From NCBI GenBank assembly GCA_017654855.1, contig CM030332.1:1550001-1614000 (forward strand): a stretch of DNA of 64,000 nucleotides, given 5' to 3'. The notes under the pieces are model-generated. The model was not told the DNA's origin, did not search any database, and saw only the letters and a list, made by a program, of their open reading frames with translations. Shown piece after piece: positions 12,055 to 24,263 of this stretch. The DNA comes from Podospora anserina (lineage: Eukaryota). The translations under genes were made by a program, and so were the position numbers. Each line of letters starts with the position of its first letter. Positions within the stretch are counted from its first letter, which is position 1.

Positions 12055-13775
12055 GGTAGGACCAATGGCCAGTTCCGCCAATATCTGACGCAACCAGAGG
12101 AAAAGAAAAAAACCAAGGAAAAGACAGCTGGAATGGACATGCCATACTCGGGTTCTATTATATCGTGAAAGCTTGTCTATCTCCTCGTGTGGTTGTACGG
12201 AGCGGTCCGAAGCTGGGCCTCGACCTTGCAGCCTTATGCGGGCTCCATTTGCCCCTGAACGGCCCCCAACCAACCGCGCGCGTGCGTTATCGAATGATGA
12301 TACAAAAAAATGAGAGACGCTCAGGAAAATCTGTAACAGAGTTGCTGTGCCTCCATTTTATGGCCAATGAGGTCGTTTGTGTTCGACATGTAAGCGGAAC
12401 TGGCGGTTGTAGATTACACTCGAGTCGCCTTCGTGGTGGCTCAACAAGGAGAACGACAGCCCTGATGATGGGCTGAAACATTTGTCGCACTGCATTACTC
12501 TGGAAGCAAAAAAAAAAAGAGAAAATACTTTTAAACTTTCGGTTGGACTGCTGTCTCGCGCCCGGGGTTGTCTCTGCTGAAACCATGTTGAAGGCTCTTT
12601 AGACACAAGCCGTCAGCTCCACTTACCCTGGTGCTCGCCATAGGTGTGATCTCGCCAAAATGATTAACCTCAGACACTATCTGGATTCTATGGCTGTTTG
12701 GGCTTTGAAGCCTCCCTGTCCAGCACTTTTGTAAGTGGGGCGAATGTGTTTGACACCAAAGTCTTTTGCTCTGCTGAACGTAAGTGAGGGCGGATGTCTT
12801 TGGCACGACATGAAAAGTAGGCAATATTCTGGAATCCGGCATGCAAATTTCTCGGTCCTGGTTATTTGAGATAGATCAATTTGTGAACAGTTCTCTACCT
12901 AGCATACACTCGGGCTATGACAAGGGAAATTCCATCAGTAGTAGAAGTTGCTGGCCATGTGGTTAGTACCTCAAGAGACAGTAAGGTCAAGCCAGTTCAA
13001 AGGCCAATCGAACATCCACATAGCGGTCAGGCCGGGTTACGGTACGGTAAAAAGGGGTGACATACAGAAGTGACCGGGAATTGAAATTCACTCGTCGTGA
13101 CTAATTTACTGTTTTGGCTCGCATTACTGTGTGGAAGCGTAGGCTGCCTCTTCATGGGTAAGGGTTTCTTCAGACCGATATCCCCCTCTTCCCTCCAAGC
13201 TACTCATAAAAAAAACGGTTCACACAACAGTCCATCAATCAGCTCCGTAGCAGACAAGTAAGCAAAACTCCAAGCAAATCTCCCAATTTCCTTGCAATGG
13301 TCTTCTTCAATCACCAAGAATATGTGCTTCAACTTCTTTTGTCCGCGTCATGTTCCTAGGGGCTTCTTTCTAACAGATCTATTCTGATAGTTCCCCTCCT
13401 CGCGTCGCCCATGCACCTCTCGGTCTCGCGTGTCTTGTCCTCTGAGGCCAGTCTTGATCTCTTTCAACTCCTGCCTCCCACCTTCCATCAACCTCGACCT
13501 CCAGCCATCAGCTTCGTCCATCGACTACCCAACCGCCTCGAAACCAACCACCCCTGCATCGGCCACCATCCCCGCCCAAGCTCCCCCGATGTCACAAACT
13601 CGCCTCCAGATCCAGAGCATCGCCACAGCTGCAATGTCCGTTCCCCTGGTCGGAATGCTTCAGCATTTCGACTAGGTACCGTCTGTGCACTGCTCCGGGA
13701 CGTCGGGAACAGCCTTTGCCCCGACGTCCCAGAGTAAGGAAACGAGGTCGTAGGAGCTTCCAAGTGGAACTGGGG

Positions 13776-15956
13776 TCAGCCTGGGTCTGAGTTTCTTTGA
13801 CCCAGATTGGTGCCACCTAGGTCTGAGATGCTTTGATCCAGATCGGTGCCACCTAGGTCTGAGTTGCTTGGACTTGGTGTGGTGCCATCTAGGAATGACA
13901 GTCTCTGCCGCATCTCCTCCACTGACTCTCCTTCCCGAATAATATCCGTTTCCGGAATCCAGTCTTCGACTGAGGAATAAAAATCGTCATTGGGACCGGC
14001 GCCTTGCTGGGGTGCTTCCAAACTGGCCTCTTGCTCCCCAGGTTGGTCGCCTTGCCAGTTGTACGGTGGAATTCGATCTTGCTGGCGAGGAATTTCTCGC
14101 CAGGGCGGAGGAGATACATCAGGAAGAGCACAGCGGTCAGAATATACGGGATATTTTCCTCTCCTTCCGAAAACACCGACTTGTGCTCTTACATCAGGTC
14201 CAGGGGCTTGATACGGCGGGTCCCGATTGCCATGCTGTTGGTAACTTCGGACTGGGAGCTGGACGTGGTTTTGAGGAGCCTGGCGTGGGTCAAAGAAGAT
14301 ATCTGCAGGTGGCTGGTATGACTGTTGGGTTCCCTCTACCGCTGGCTGTGCTGGAAGATGTGGTGGAGGCTGGGAGTGGGGATTGTCAGACGGGATCGGT
14401 GCTGGCACCAGCTGTGCAAGTCTGTCTTGCCGGGGTGCCCTTTCAACTCGCCTGTTGTCGGAATTCGGGTTTACCTCCTGCTCCTGCGGCTGCTTCCGTT
14501 TCGGGGGACCATTCCTCTGATGGGCGCGGTTCGATTTGACTATCATCGGGCACGGCTGCAAATCCTGGTCTCTCATCGAGCTGAGCCACTCTCTGACCAG
14601 ATTCTGAGTGCATGTCTCGGCAACGTCTGAGCCGCTTTGTCGCATCTTCCACTGGTCTATAGCTCCCGCTTCATTGGAATCGATATCTCCGTTCCATTTA
14701 TGCCGGTGGACAAAGCCTCTCCCGCACTTATCATGGGCCCCGATGTACCAGATGCCATCCCGGTCTACGCCTTTGGCTTCGACAGGGGTGCATGCGGCGG
14801 TATAAACAAAAACCTCCAGGTCTCCTTGAAAGTCTTGCGCAGGAGTTCGACCAAAGACTGTGAGATCCGACATCAAGTTCCTTGTCAGATACCTTTGCAT
14901 GTCTTGTGGTATTCCGTCTAGGCGGGGAGAGAAGTTTTGCAGGAAGAAGTGCCAGTTCTTAAGTGGAACGAGCTTTTTTCCTCTAGAGCCTTCATAGGGC
15001 ATGGTGGCCTTGATCTCCTCTTGCTCTTCTGGAAAAGCGACGGCTTGCCCCTGGGATATCTGCTCTGGCGAGATGATCCCTGCGGGTATATACCCCGTGC
15101 CGGTTTGGCCCAGTGCCTGAGAGCCGAAAGCATTCTTGGCAAGCATGCCGGGAGCCTGGAAGTTTGGTGGCGGGTTTATATATTGGCCCATCGGCGCACG
15201 AGGAGAAAAGGGGTTGGTGCTCCGCCTTGAAGGCGGGAGAGGTCTCATGACATTTGGCGGCGCTGTAGAGGAGGACATGTTCCTCCCCATCGGCCCTATC
15301 TGGCCTCCTCCTCCCTGACGCCTGTCATATGCAGGATAATCTCCCACTCGCCGCCGCTTGCTGGCCCTCGGGAGCGTCTGAGAGCGTGCTGCTCCAGGTA
15401 TCTGTCCGCTCGCCGGCCGCGCATAGGAGAGCGCGTAGGCGTCTGAGAGCGCCCGGTCGTCGCCTTCAGACGAAGCTCCTTGGGACACAAACGCACTGTG
15501 GCCCGCGCCGAAGCCGCCCGCTGTGTTGTTTGCAAACGCGGGATGTTCGTTTGCAGACGCGAGATGGCCGTTTCCAAACACAGGATCGCGTTGTAGTACT
15601 TGTTGCCGGGGGGCTCGCGACTGGACGAGAGGTGGGAGGCCACTGTCAAGAAAAGGAGGGTTAGTTTTGGGTTGGTCGCTATTCGAAGCCAAGGAGATAG
15701 GGTCATGGTGGGGAGGTTCGGGGGATGTCAATGCTGCATACTTGGTACGTCGATACTCCACATCGTTCCATTGCTTTTGATGATACGTTTTCCAGCCGGT
15801 CACTTGACGGTCGCTGATAGGCGATGGCGGGTTGAAGTGCTGGTTGAACTCGATGGCGATGCGGCTGGGCGACTCGTTTTTCGCTATCCACTCGTGAAGA
15901 AAGCTCTTCTGCTGGGAGGTGAGCGTCTTAATGTTGATACGGCTTCCGTTGGACAT
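13776..15956 (-). CDS. Uncharacterised 726-aa protein, mostly disordered, with an N-terminal homeodomain/HTH-like segment
   Basis: Uninterrupted 2.2-kb ORF from ATG. The N-terminus LTSQQKSFLHEW...ISDRQVTGWK has helix-turn-helix spacing. P/Q/G-rich linkers flank a central Cys/His/Trp-containing segment. Confidence 0.7.
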   Translation of the reverse strand: MSNGSRINIKTLTSQQKSFLHEWIAKNESPSRIAIEFNQHFNPPSPISDRQVTGWKTYHQKQWNDVEYRRTKYAALTSPEPPHHDPISLASNSDQPKTNPPFLDSGLPPLVQSRAPRQQVLQRDPVFGNGHLASANEHPAFANNTAGGFGAGHSAFVSQGASSEGDDRALSDAYALSYARPASGQIPGAARSQTLPRASKRRRVGDYPAYDRRQGGGGQIGPMGRNMSSSTAPPNVMRPLPPSRRSTNPFSPRAPMGQYINPPPNFQAPGMLAKNAFGSQALGQTGTGYIPAGIISPEQISQGQAVAFPEEQEEIKATMPYEGSRGKKLVPLKNWHFFLQNFSPRLDGIPQDMQRYLTRNLMSDLTVFGRTPAQDFQGDLEVFVYTAACTPVEAKGVDRDGIWYIGAHDKCGRGFVHRHKWNGDIDSNEAGAIDQWKMRQSGSDVAETCTQNLVREWLSSMRDQDLQPCPMIVKSNRAHQRNGPPKRKQPQEQEVNPNSDNRRVERAPRQDRLAQLVPAPIPSDNPHSQPPPHLPAQPAVEGTQQSYQPPADIFFDPRQAPQNHVQLPVRSYQQHGNRDPPYQAPGPDVRAQVGVFGRRGKYPVYSDRCALPDVSPPPWREIPRQQDRIPPYNWQGDQPGEQEASLEAPQQGAGPNDDFYSSVEDWIPETDIIREGESVEEMRQRLSFLDGTTPSPSNSDLGGTDLDQSISDLGGTNLGQRNSDPG
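13785..13892. repeat. Coding minisatellite, 3 x 36 bp
   Basis: GTCTGAGTTTCTTTGACCCAGATTGGTGCCACCTAG / GTCTGAGATGCTTTGATCCAGATCGGTGCCACCTAG / GTCTGAGTTGCTTGGACTTGGTGTGGTGCCATCTAG; encodes 12-aa units L(D/G)GTxxxxxxSD. Confidence 0.9.
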
Positions 15957-17189
15957 GGTAACTGCTTGATGTCTTAGAGGGTTTGGGCGATGGTCTGTTG
16001 TTGAGTGTTGTCGACAATGGGGTTTGACTTGGATGAAGCTTTGTGATGGAATCGGTCGAGATTAATTGGGCGGTGATGGGATCGGTTGCCTTGTTGAGCC
16101 TGGTGATCTGATTGCTGGGTATTAAATGGGCTGAAAACAGGACGATGAAGAAGGAGGAAATGCCTACCCTTTTTCAGGAAGAAGTCTGAGAAGGAGAGTG
16201 CTAACAGTTGAATCGAGGCTATTTAGGGAGAGATGGGCGTCGAGAAGCTTATCCGTCTCTTCGAACGTTAGGACACGAGCGAGATCTGTGGTGCACGATG
16301 GAATGAAATGCAGGTTCAACGCTTGCGAGCAGACACCTCCCAGGCTTCCTCAAAACAAAAAAAGGCTATCAAAGTGGCTGTGGGCCGGCTGGCAGAGTGA
16401 AAGTCACACTGTCCGGGGGAGGGAGGAGGGTTTCGACACTTGACTAACCGCCAAGGAAACTGGAATACCGCGTGGATGGTGATTTTAGCAGTTCGTACAC
16501 CTGGAGACGAGATCTTCGGCCTCTCAAGCTACGAACAGCGACTGACCGGGCGATACTGAACCGTTCTTGGGCATTTACGTCGATTGTTGGCGAGGCACTT
16601 AGCACAGAGCCCCTGCGATCTCGAGCCAGACTCTCCTACGAACCACCAGCAGAGGCCGATATGCTCTGGATTTTGACAGATGGAATGGGGTCAGAAGGTG
16701 GCTTGACAGAAAATGGATACGAAAGGCTCCCATGAAATCCGCGCCTGGCACATCGCACAACGGGTTTAGGTGAGTTACGAAATCACTCTGAAAACGACAT
16801 ACCAACTCACGGTGCCGCATTTCTCGCAAAAACTGCGTGGTACGCTCTGCGGTACTGGGAAAGGTGATATTTCTTCAGGAACAGCCTGGTATGCTCCGTG
16901 GTTCCGGGGAAGATCATGGTATATGACATTGCCCACCGCAAGAAACCAAGTCAGTCAAACGAACAGAACGACTTTTTCCAGCTCCAGGTGCTGAGCTGAG
17001 ACTACAGGAGTCAAATCTCGCATGTTAAAGGCCAGAGAAAAGCATGGAGAGGGAAACGAGTGCTGGTTAGGAGAGATCCACCACGAGAGCTGGTCACCTT
17101 TGTGCGTTACATGTTTAGCTCCGCCTCTGGCAATGTTGTCCGCGGGACGTTTTTTTGGGGTGTCTTTCTGACACTTTTTGTGCTGACTG

Positions 17190-17505
17190 ATAATTCGAGG
17201 ACAAAAGAAAAAAAACCGCAGGAAACCCTGGGCACGCAAGATACAACGCTTCAGCAGTGGCCCTGCCCACTGCACCAAAACAAAAAACTAAGCTTGGGTG
17301 CCGACTGATTTCCTGGGTGGGAATCAATTCTCGATGATTCATATTGACCGTCTATTTCTATTGCTCTTTATAGCGCTATCGTATAATTCGAGTTGAAAAG
17401 AAGAAAAAAACCACAGGAAACCTTGGCACGCAAGATACGCTTCAGCCGTGGCGCTGCCCACTGTACCAAAAAAAAAAAAACTAAGCTTGGAGCTAGCGCT
17501 ATCGT
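17190..17505. repeat. Imperfect direct duplication of about 105 bp (17190-17297 and 17383-17490); second copy flanked by 12-bp direct repeats
   Basis: Both copies read ATAATTCGAG...AAAAAAACC(G/A)CAGGAAACC...GGCACGCAAGATAC...GCTTCAGC.GTGG..CTGCCCACTG.ACCAAAA...CTAAGCTTGG. TAGCGCTATCGT occurs at 17371-17382 and 17494-17505. Confidence 0.9.
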
Positions 17506-17591
17506 CTGTACATAAAATTAAAACCCTTGATCGTCATGTGTCGTGATAATAATCAATGTAAACAAAAAGAAAGCGGGCGAGTTATTGTGGT

Positions 17592-18742
17592 TTAAGAACT
17601 TCTCCCCAAAATTCCCCACCAGAAGCCAACTTGCTGTGAGTCGTCGTTGTTCCCATCGCCCCAGTCGTCCTCACCATCTACAATATTCTCATGGTGACAA
17701 ATCAACGGATTGGTGTGTCTGCCGAGCTCGGCCCTCAACGTCCTGCAAAGACCTTTGGTGATCTCGTCTCTTTGCGGCACCATAACCAGTACACGAGCAT
17801 CTGGATTGAGAGCAAGCTGCTCGTCTATGGCACTGGCCAACAGAGCGGGGTGATCATCGTCGTATAATGGGTCAGCAACGATGATGAGCTACGGATGGTC
17901 AGCTTGGGAAGTTCGAAGATAAAAAACAGCAAATGTACAAAACATACCTCGAACCGTTTTCCTGATCGAAACCTCGGGTCGACCTCTTCTTCGCTGCCAC
18001 CCCACATCAAAGGAGCAGCTTCAACTCTGCCTCCACGTTCTTCTACGAGAGCGCGGTTGAGTGAAGCGTTATGCTCGAGGTTGGACATGATTTCGGGGAG
18101 ATCGGTAAGGTAGACGGTTTTCCTCCAGATAGACGCTGCGGCTAAGCCGAGTAAGCCAGTTCCAGACCCAAGCTCGAGAACCTCCTCTGTCTTTTGAGAA
18201 GAGCGAACCAAATGTGCCAGAGGGCCAGAGGCGAACTCGTGAAGTCTCTGGGCTAGTGCGTACGACGAGCCCCATGTCTTTAAGCCGAGAGAGTCTCCCG
18301 TTAGTGGCGGTTCTCTGATAGTGAGGCTGAATGAACCATAATCGGGGTTCTCAAAGGGCCAGCTCCTAATGATCTCGCCCATAGCTAAATGTCGTGGTTA
18401 GCTTTTCACCCGTTGTATATCAGACGAGTGTCGTGACCAACCTGTTCGCCCGCAGCGCTCTGACATGCGCTTGCTGGCCTCTTCCCAAATCACCTCCCTC
18501 TCATCGTCGTCCCCCAGCCATGATAGCCCACTCTTGATGATCGAAGACAGAAAAGCAATAGCCTCCTTGCGCTCATGAGCAGTATGAACAGCGGCCTGTT
18601 GTTTGATGATCTCTGATCGAGAGACCTTTGCTCCCCAAACAGGCGGCTCGACCCTAAGTTTTTCTAGAGCCTCCAAAATGACTGAATAGGCAGGCTTCTG
18701 CCACAGATGTGGGAGATCTTCGTCTTCTTCGATGCCGCGCAT
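17592..18742 (-). CDS. Seven-beta-strand protein-lysine methyltransferase, Methyltransf_16 family, Efm2/Rrg1-like (exons 18742-18442, 18384-17948, 17888-17592)
   Basis: SERCGRTAMG, IREPPLTGDSLGLKTWGSS, motif I VLELGSGTGLLG, post-I LTDLP and motif II LIIVADPLY. Introns 18441-18385 and 17947-17889 are canonical and frame-preserving. Confidence 0.88.
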
Positions 18743-21700
18743 TTTAGCAGTGGGGTGTTGATAAGGGGGCGAGGAGAGTCAAGTAGGAGGCTACCTGAAA
18801 GGGAAAAAAGAGAGAGGTGAGAAAACAAAAAACGGCGCAAACCAACCAGGACGACCAAGACGACCCAACAACGACAAAAAGTAAAGAAGAAAAGCCAGAA
18901 GAAGGAGCCTTTTCACAAACTCTCAAGGCTTCATGCTCACAGTCGTTCAGCTCAGATGCTTAAGGGACCTTCCCTGCAGTGGAGTCTCACCCAGAAAAGG
19001 AAGACCCATCTTCCGCCCCCTCGGCGGTGAGCCGTTCCGTCTGGGAAACCATCGTAGACCCGCTTTCGATATGGGGTTTGGTGCACCCCATGGCTCACGT
19101 TTCTGATGACGAAACCTGGACAGTTTGCCCGCCCTCAAACAGTCACCCGTAAGCCGGACACATCAGCGGCGTGGTTTGGGCAGCGCCAAAACCAACGCCA
19201 CACACTAGAAAAAGCTGATGCCTGGGCCCCAATGTCCGGAAGCTACCAAACGGTGAAGTCCGAACAAGAGAAGTTTGATATGTGGGGGTCACGATCAAGC
19301 TTTCTCCCACAGAAGAATTCTTCATTTCCATTGGCTCATCAATTCTGCCGCCCCACAGAGCCTCAAAATCAAGCCCCACAACAGTTTCTCTCTCGCAGAG
19401 GGCCATCAAAACAATTTCTTGTCTAAGTCTCCCTCTTCCTCTTCTTTCTTCTTCTTTGTGAACCATCCCCCCTTCACCCCCCCCTCCCCTCCCACGCTGC
19501 GTTTCTATGCAACAAACGGAAGGCTTCTCTTGTCCTCGGACAGAGCTACTTTCACCACCCTTTTCTTTGCATGAGAAATTCGGAGAAACAGCTTCATCTT
19601 TGGCCCGTCCATTTTCACTTCTTTAGAGAGATGACCGTGGTCAGCGGGCCCTGCCGGTGACGGCCTGCCTAGGCGCTCGAGGTTGTAACTGGCATCAGAA
19701 AAGCAGGGCTCTTTTTGTGATAAAAAAGTGTTCCCTCTGGAAAGGCCGTTACGAAAGCTTGTGTTGTTGTGACACTTCAGTGCCATACGCGGCGTGCGGA
19801 CTTCTTTTTCCTTGAAAAAGGAGGGACGTATCCTTCGATTCCGATTACTCTGGCGGGGGAGGGGGGTTTGAAAAGGGGGGCGGTTCACCATCCTTTTCAG
19901 GTGAGTTGTATTGGGACTGGGAGGGATGGGATACTACTAACGATTCTGTATATGCTTCGAGACGAGCGAAAGCTAAATTGGGCAAGGCTGGGGGTGGGCA
20001 ACGGGCGATTCGGAAGCCACTGGACGACAAGAGAAAGTGGCTTGGACTGTTCCGTCAAGAATACGAACGACAACTGCGGCGGCCAGACGAGACCTGGGCT
20101 CCCTGAGACCAAGCGCAATTCTTCAGCACAAAACTGGCCGAACCCCGAACAGCTTGCAACGACCAGAAGGTCGGCCTTTGGGGCCAGGAGACGTTGTCCT
20201 CTTCTGGGACGAGATCATCCCAGTTACTATATTTCCAGCCTGCCGGTAGACCGGACAGCTGTTTTGATGCTCGACCAGCATGGACGTCGGAAGTAAAGTC
20301 AAACGCGTTATCTAGGAGCTGCGAAGTCGCCAATGATTCACAGGAGCTCATATTCACACTCATGGCTTCCGCTGTCGGCTGATCCATCAACTATGTACGC
20401 TTGTTGGATATCAGGCAGTGGAGCGGTCATGAGCGCATGGGTTTGATCAAGTAGTGTGGTGTTGGCTAAAGTTCCAGAAACGTTATATTCATCAGGTCTT
20501 CAGCAATATTACAAGAAATTCACTGTGTCTGTCGCTCCCCTTTTGTTGCGACATCCACCGCCTTGTTTTGTGCTGTGATTTCGCTGAAGTCGGTGGTGTG
20601 GTCGTTTGGCAACAAGTAAACGTATTACGAGCCCCCCGAGCTTTGAGAGAACTCGGTACTTATGTTCCACGGTATCTAGACAAAGTAGTATCCGCCTCTA
20701 CACTCAAAGAGTCACGAGGTAGCGCGATCAACCCATGCTATAAGCAAGAAAGCCATGAGCACTTCGCGTCTGATACTTGCGAGTCGGCTCGAGAACTGAT
20801 CATCATCTTGGAAAATGCTTCCCGCCTGGCATATGCCATCTTATGGCCAAGTATTTCACAACGCTGGAAGCAACTGTGGCATTTCATGGCCACAAAACCT
20901 CATTCTGAATCACGCTTCCAGCAAACCATCATTGTCTTCGTTGCCGACCTTCTATTTTACCTTTTTTTTGTCTTGTCACGGCCAGTAAACCCTAACCCAG
21001 CAAACCACGACCATGGTCTCCTGTTAGCATTTACCCCTGAATCGAGTCAACTTCACCTCTCCACTCCCCTGTTGTCCAGTCAACAATCACCACCACCTCT
21101 TATCTCAACCACACGGTCCTCAGACCATGACGATGTGGAGTCGTCCGTGGAGTCGTGGATTTTCCTTGCTCACAGCCAGTTGCCTGCCGGAACCATCTTC
21201 ACATGCTTCTCGTTCTCCTTTTTCTTTCACACGTCTCACCGTTCCTTTCTCATCTTATCAGACGGCCCCATCTCTTGATCCCACGTGTCTTTCGTCATTG
21301 AAACTTTCTAAAGGTTCCCTTGAGGTGTGTTGCCCGGCTTGGGTTGTGTTTGGCGTTGGGGGGTGGTGAGGGGTCCACTGATAGGAGCAAAAAAAAAACA
21401 TGGAGACACAATTCTGCAAGAACGAACGTTCGGGACAAGGATGGGATGGGCTGTCTATCTTTCTGTACTTTTGAATTTACGCTTTATCTTTCATTGTAAA
21501 CCGCAAGCAAGGGAAAGAAGCATGCCGGCGAGTGATGCCGTAACGAGGCCCCCGGTTTCGGCCGAGGTTTTCGGGGAACGGGGGACGGAAGGGGGTTTGG
21601 AATATCGTCATTGGGAAGGGGGATTGTGAAAATAGTTTTTTGTTGGGCTGGGTGGGTTTGCCTCCGGACATAATGACTCTGGTGGCCGCATAATTCATGG

Positions 21701-24245
21701 CCTGATACTTGTTCCTTTTCGGACGGGCAGTATCGGGAGTGATGATGTTTTGATGTCTTGGTTCATGTTGCACAAGATCCGCTCGGCCTTTTTATCTTAC
21801 TTTCTCTTCTGGACGGAGTAGCAAATAATGTAGATCTCAAAACAGTGACCAAAAAAAAAATTCTTGAAGGAACTGGTACCTGAATCCCGAAAGTTCGAGG
21901 TTTTCTCAAAGTTCAGGTTTCGGGTTATCCGGGCTATTCCAGATCGGATCCGGAGAGCATCAAGGGTTCGAATAGACCCGGGAACTAAACTCTCGCAGCG
22001 GTGTGTTTGCCCATCTACCCGAAGACACCGCCTGGAAGATGTTCGGGATGGACAGACGGGGTCCGGTCCGCGTTGAAGAACAAAGCTCAGGGCCTAGTTC
22101 ACCGACTTTGGGGCTGGATTCGAAGACGGTGGATTTCGGGGTCTTCAATCTTGAGCAGCGGGAGTAGGTATGTGAAGAGTGAGCGTTCGCTGTGTTTCTC
22201 GTCAACTTCATCAGTCGCTTAGAGCAATTGTTGATAACTGTCTTCAACAGAGAAACATCATCCGTCATCCCATCGGATCAAGCACCCTTCCTCACTTCAC
22301 CCCCGATAATTTCACAGTGGCTGTGAAAAAGTCACGCCGAATCCCCCAAAAGCTCACAAACAAACCCACGCATTGGGAAACCTTTTTCTCATTGGCCCAT
22401 CTCCCCGTTTCAACCAACTGGTCGACCTTCGAAAGTGGCCGGCCGGTCAGTTCGGTCAGCCAAGGCTGCGATGCCATGCACGACGACTGATGAAAGTATG
22501 AGTGAAGTGGGGTCCTTATCATGTGCCCAAGCGTCCGTGTGTGAGTGCGGTATGACTTGAAATATTTCGTTTTTCCCCCGCAATTGTGTATTCCAGTCAC
22601 ACATACCGTTGCCAGACAGTGTGCCAGAGTATAATGACAGATCCAGATTGAGACCTTCACCAAGAAAATGAACGGATGGACCATAAAGCCGAGGATCTTG
22701 TCGTCGGAATTCAGGTAACGCACCACCACTAACTGATGTAATCCCCTCTCTATATACGGGACGGATCCAGCCATCCGATTCCGACGGAGGGACAAGCGAA
22801 GCTGCACCGGGAAAAAGACAGCAACCACCAAAACCGGCCCCAGTTCTTCCGCCAGTGCAGCAGCAAGCCAAATATATTTTTATCAATATACCGTATATGA
22901 ATATGTGGGGCGTTTGTTTTGCAGCGAAAGCAGTCGACACGATGATGCTGCTAACATCTTTTCTTCTCTGTTTCGATTAGGCTTGCCTCTGATGGAGAGA
23001 GTGTGTGGCAGAGAAAGAAGGGACAACTCCCAATACGAAGAGACATTGCAGCTGGGCGTCTTCTACAAAAAGGGGAGGTGAGTAAGTACCCTTCAACCCT
23101 TTCGATTGTAGGACGAACATGCCTGTTCCTGACAGACTGACCGACACAGTTCGGTCGGGTCAGGTCTCCCCCCCCCATAGTCAGGTACAAAACAGAGAGA
23201 GGCTGCTCGATCTCTGATGACAAAGATAGCACCGAAAAGGTCCTTCATCATCGCCCCCTCATCTCATGCTGCTGCCGTAAAGCCGAAAGATGACAACCTA
23301 CCCAGTTATACACACACTGCTCACCAAAGCAGCTCTCAGAATAAAAAGCCACTTACTCGTTTCTGTGTTAAGAAAACGGCCACCCGGGGAACCACGCGGT
23401 TCTGTCGCATCGCTAGAATATCACATAGATTAATACTTCTCCTTTCTTAAGAAGAAATATCTGGGGTAAAAAAGTCCCAGGAGAGGGGAAACCAGCTCGC
23501 TCGGCGTAGACGGACCTGAAAACCAAAAAGAAATCCCCACTTTTTGGCCTCGCCCGCCGCCGTCGTAGTGTGTTACGCTGCATAGTGCTGTATATGTAAT
23601 GTCACCTCAACGACGTGAGTGGCTGGCTAGTCGAACCTGAATTGGATTGCTTGGCTGCTGCTCTACTGCGGGTGAAGAAGCTGAGACGAAAGCGAGCTGG
23701 AGGTAACGATCCTCTGGGAATGCAATATGGAGAGTTGTAAAAGTTGCCAGCTGTTGTTGTTGTTGTTGATGATGAAGAAACCCCAATGGGTGACGAAACG
23801 GTCTGTTTGGCGGGGTCGAAACAGCATCATCATCCCATCTGCCACACCCACGTTGATTTGTCTGGTTCCTGACAACCCAAAAATCGGGGTCCCGTTGAAG
23901 AACAACGAACCAAACTGACAAAAAAAAAAACCAATCACAAAATTCACGGCAAGAGAGCCGGAACCTGCTGACCTGAACTTGACCGAAAATCCTCTGGCCT
24001 TATGCACAACCATCCACCACACACACCCCCGCCATTTGTTTCCCGTAAAGGAATGAAAATACCAATATTCAGTGCTGGCTTCCGCAACCCCGCCCATCTT
24101 TTCTCCCCCCCAGAATAGCGGGGAAGCGGATGATGATGATGAGTGAGAGAAAGGGTTCAGGTAAGCAGCCGTTCAATCCGTCACCAACCAGCCATCAAAG
24201 CACACGTCCCCTATCCCACGTTTCCTCCCACCCCGCTCAGGCCAT

Positions 24246-24263
24246 TGTGTGTGTGTGTGTGTG
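24246..24263. repeat. (TG)n microsatellite
   Basis: tgtgtgtgtgtgtgtg run seen directly. Confidence 0.9.

Noticed and set aside
13297-13737. Possible small plus-strand gene (ATG at ~13297, CTAACAG acceptor-like site, ORFs 13411-13737 and 13430-13675)
   Set aside because: Weak donor site, no consistent spliced frame and no recognisable product.
13785-13892. Regularly spaced repeats reminiscent of a CRISPR array
   Set aside because: Eukaryotic coding minisatellite; the inter-repeat parts are homologous rather than unique spacers, and there are no cas genes.
20454-21278. 274-aa ORF in the gene-poor tract
   Set aside because: GTG start, no recognisable motif, and composition that follows UTR-like pyrimidine tracts.
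21960-21985. GGTTCGAAT B-box-like motif
   Set aside because: No cloverleaf or A-box context.
23178-23256. Minus-strand ATGATGA...CTGA pair suggesting a box C/D snoRNA
   Set aside because: No terminal stem and no rRNA or snRNA antisense element recognised.
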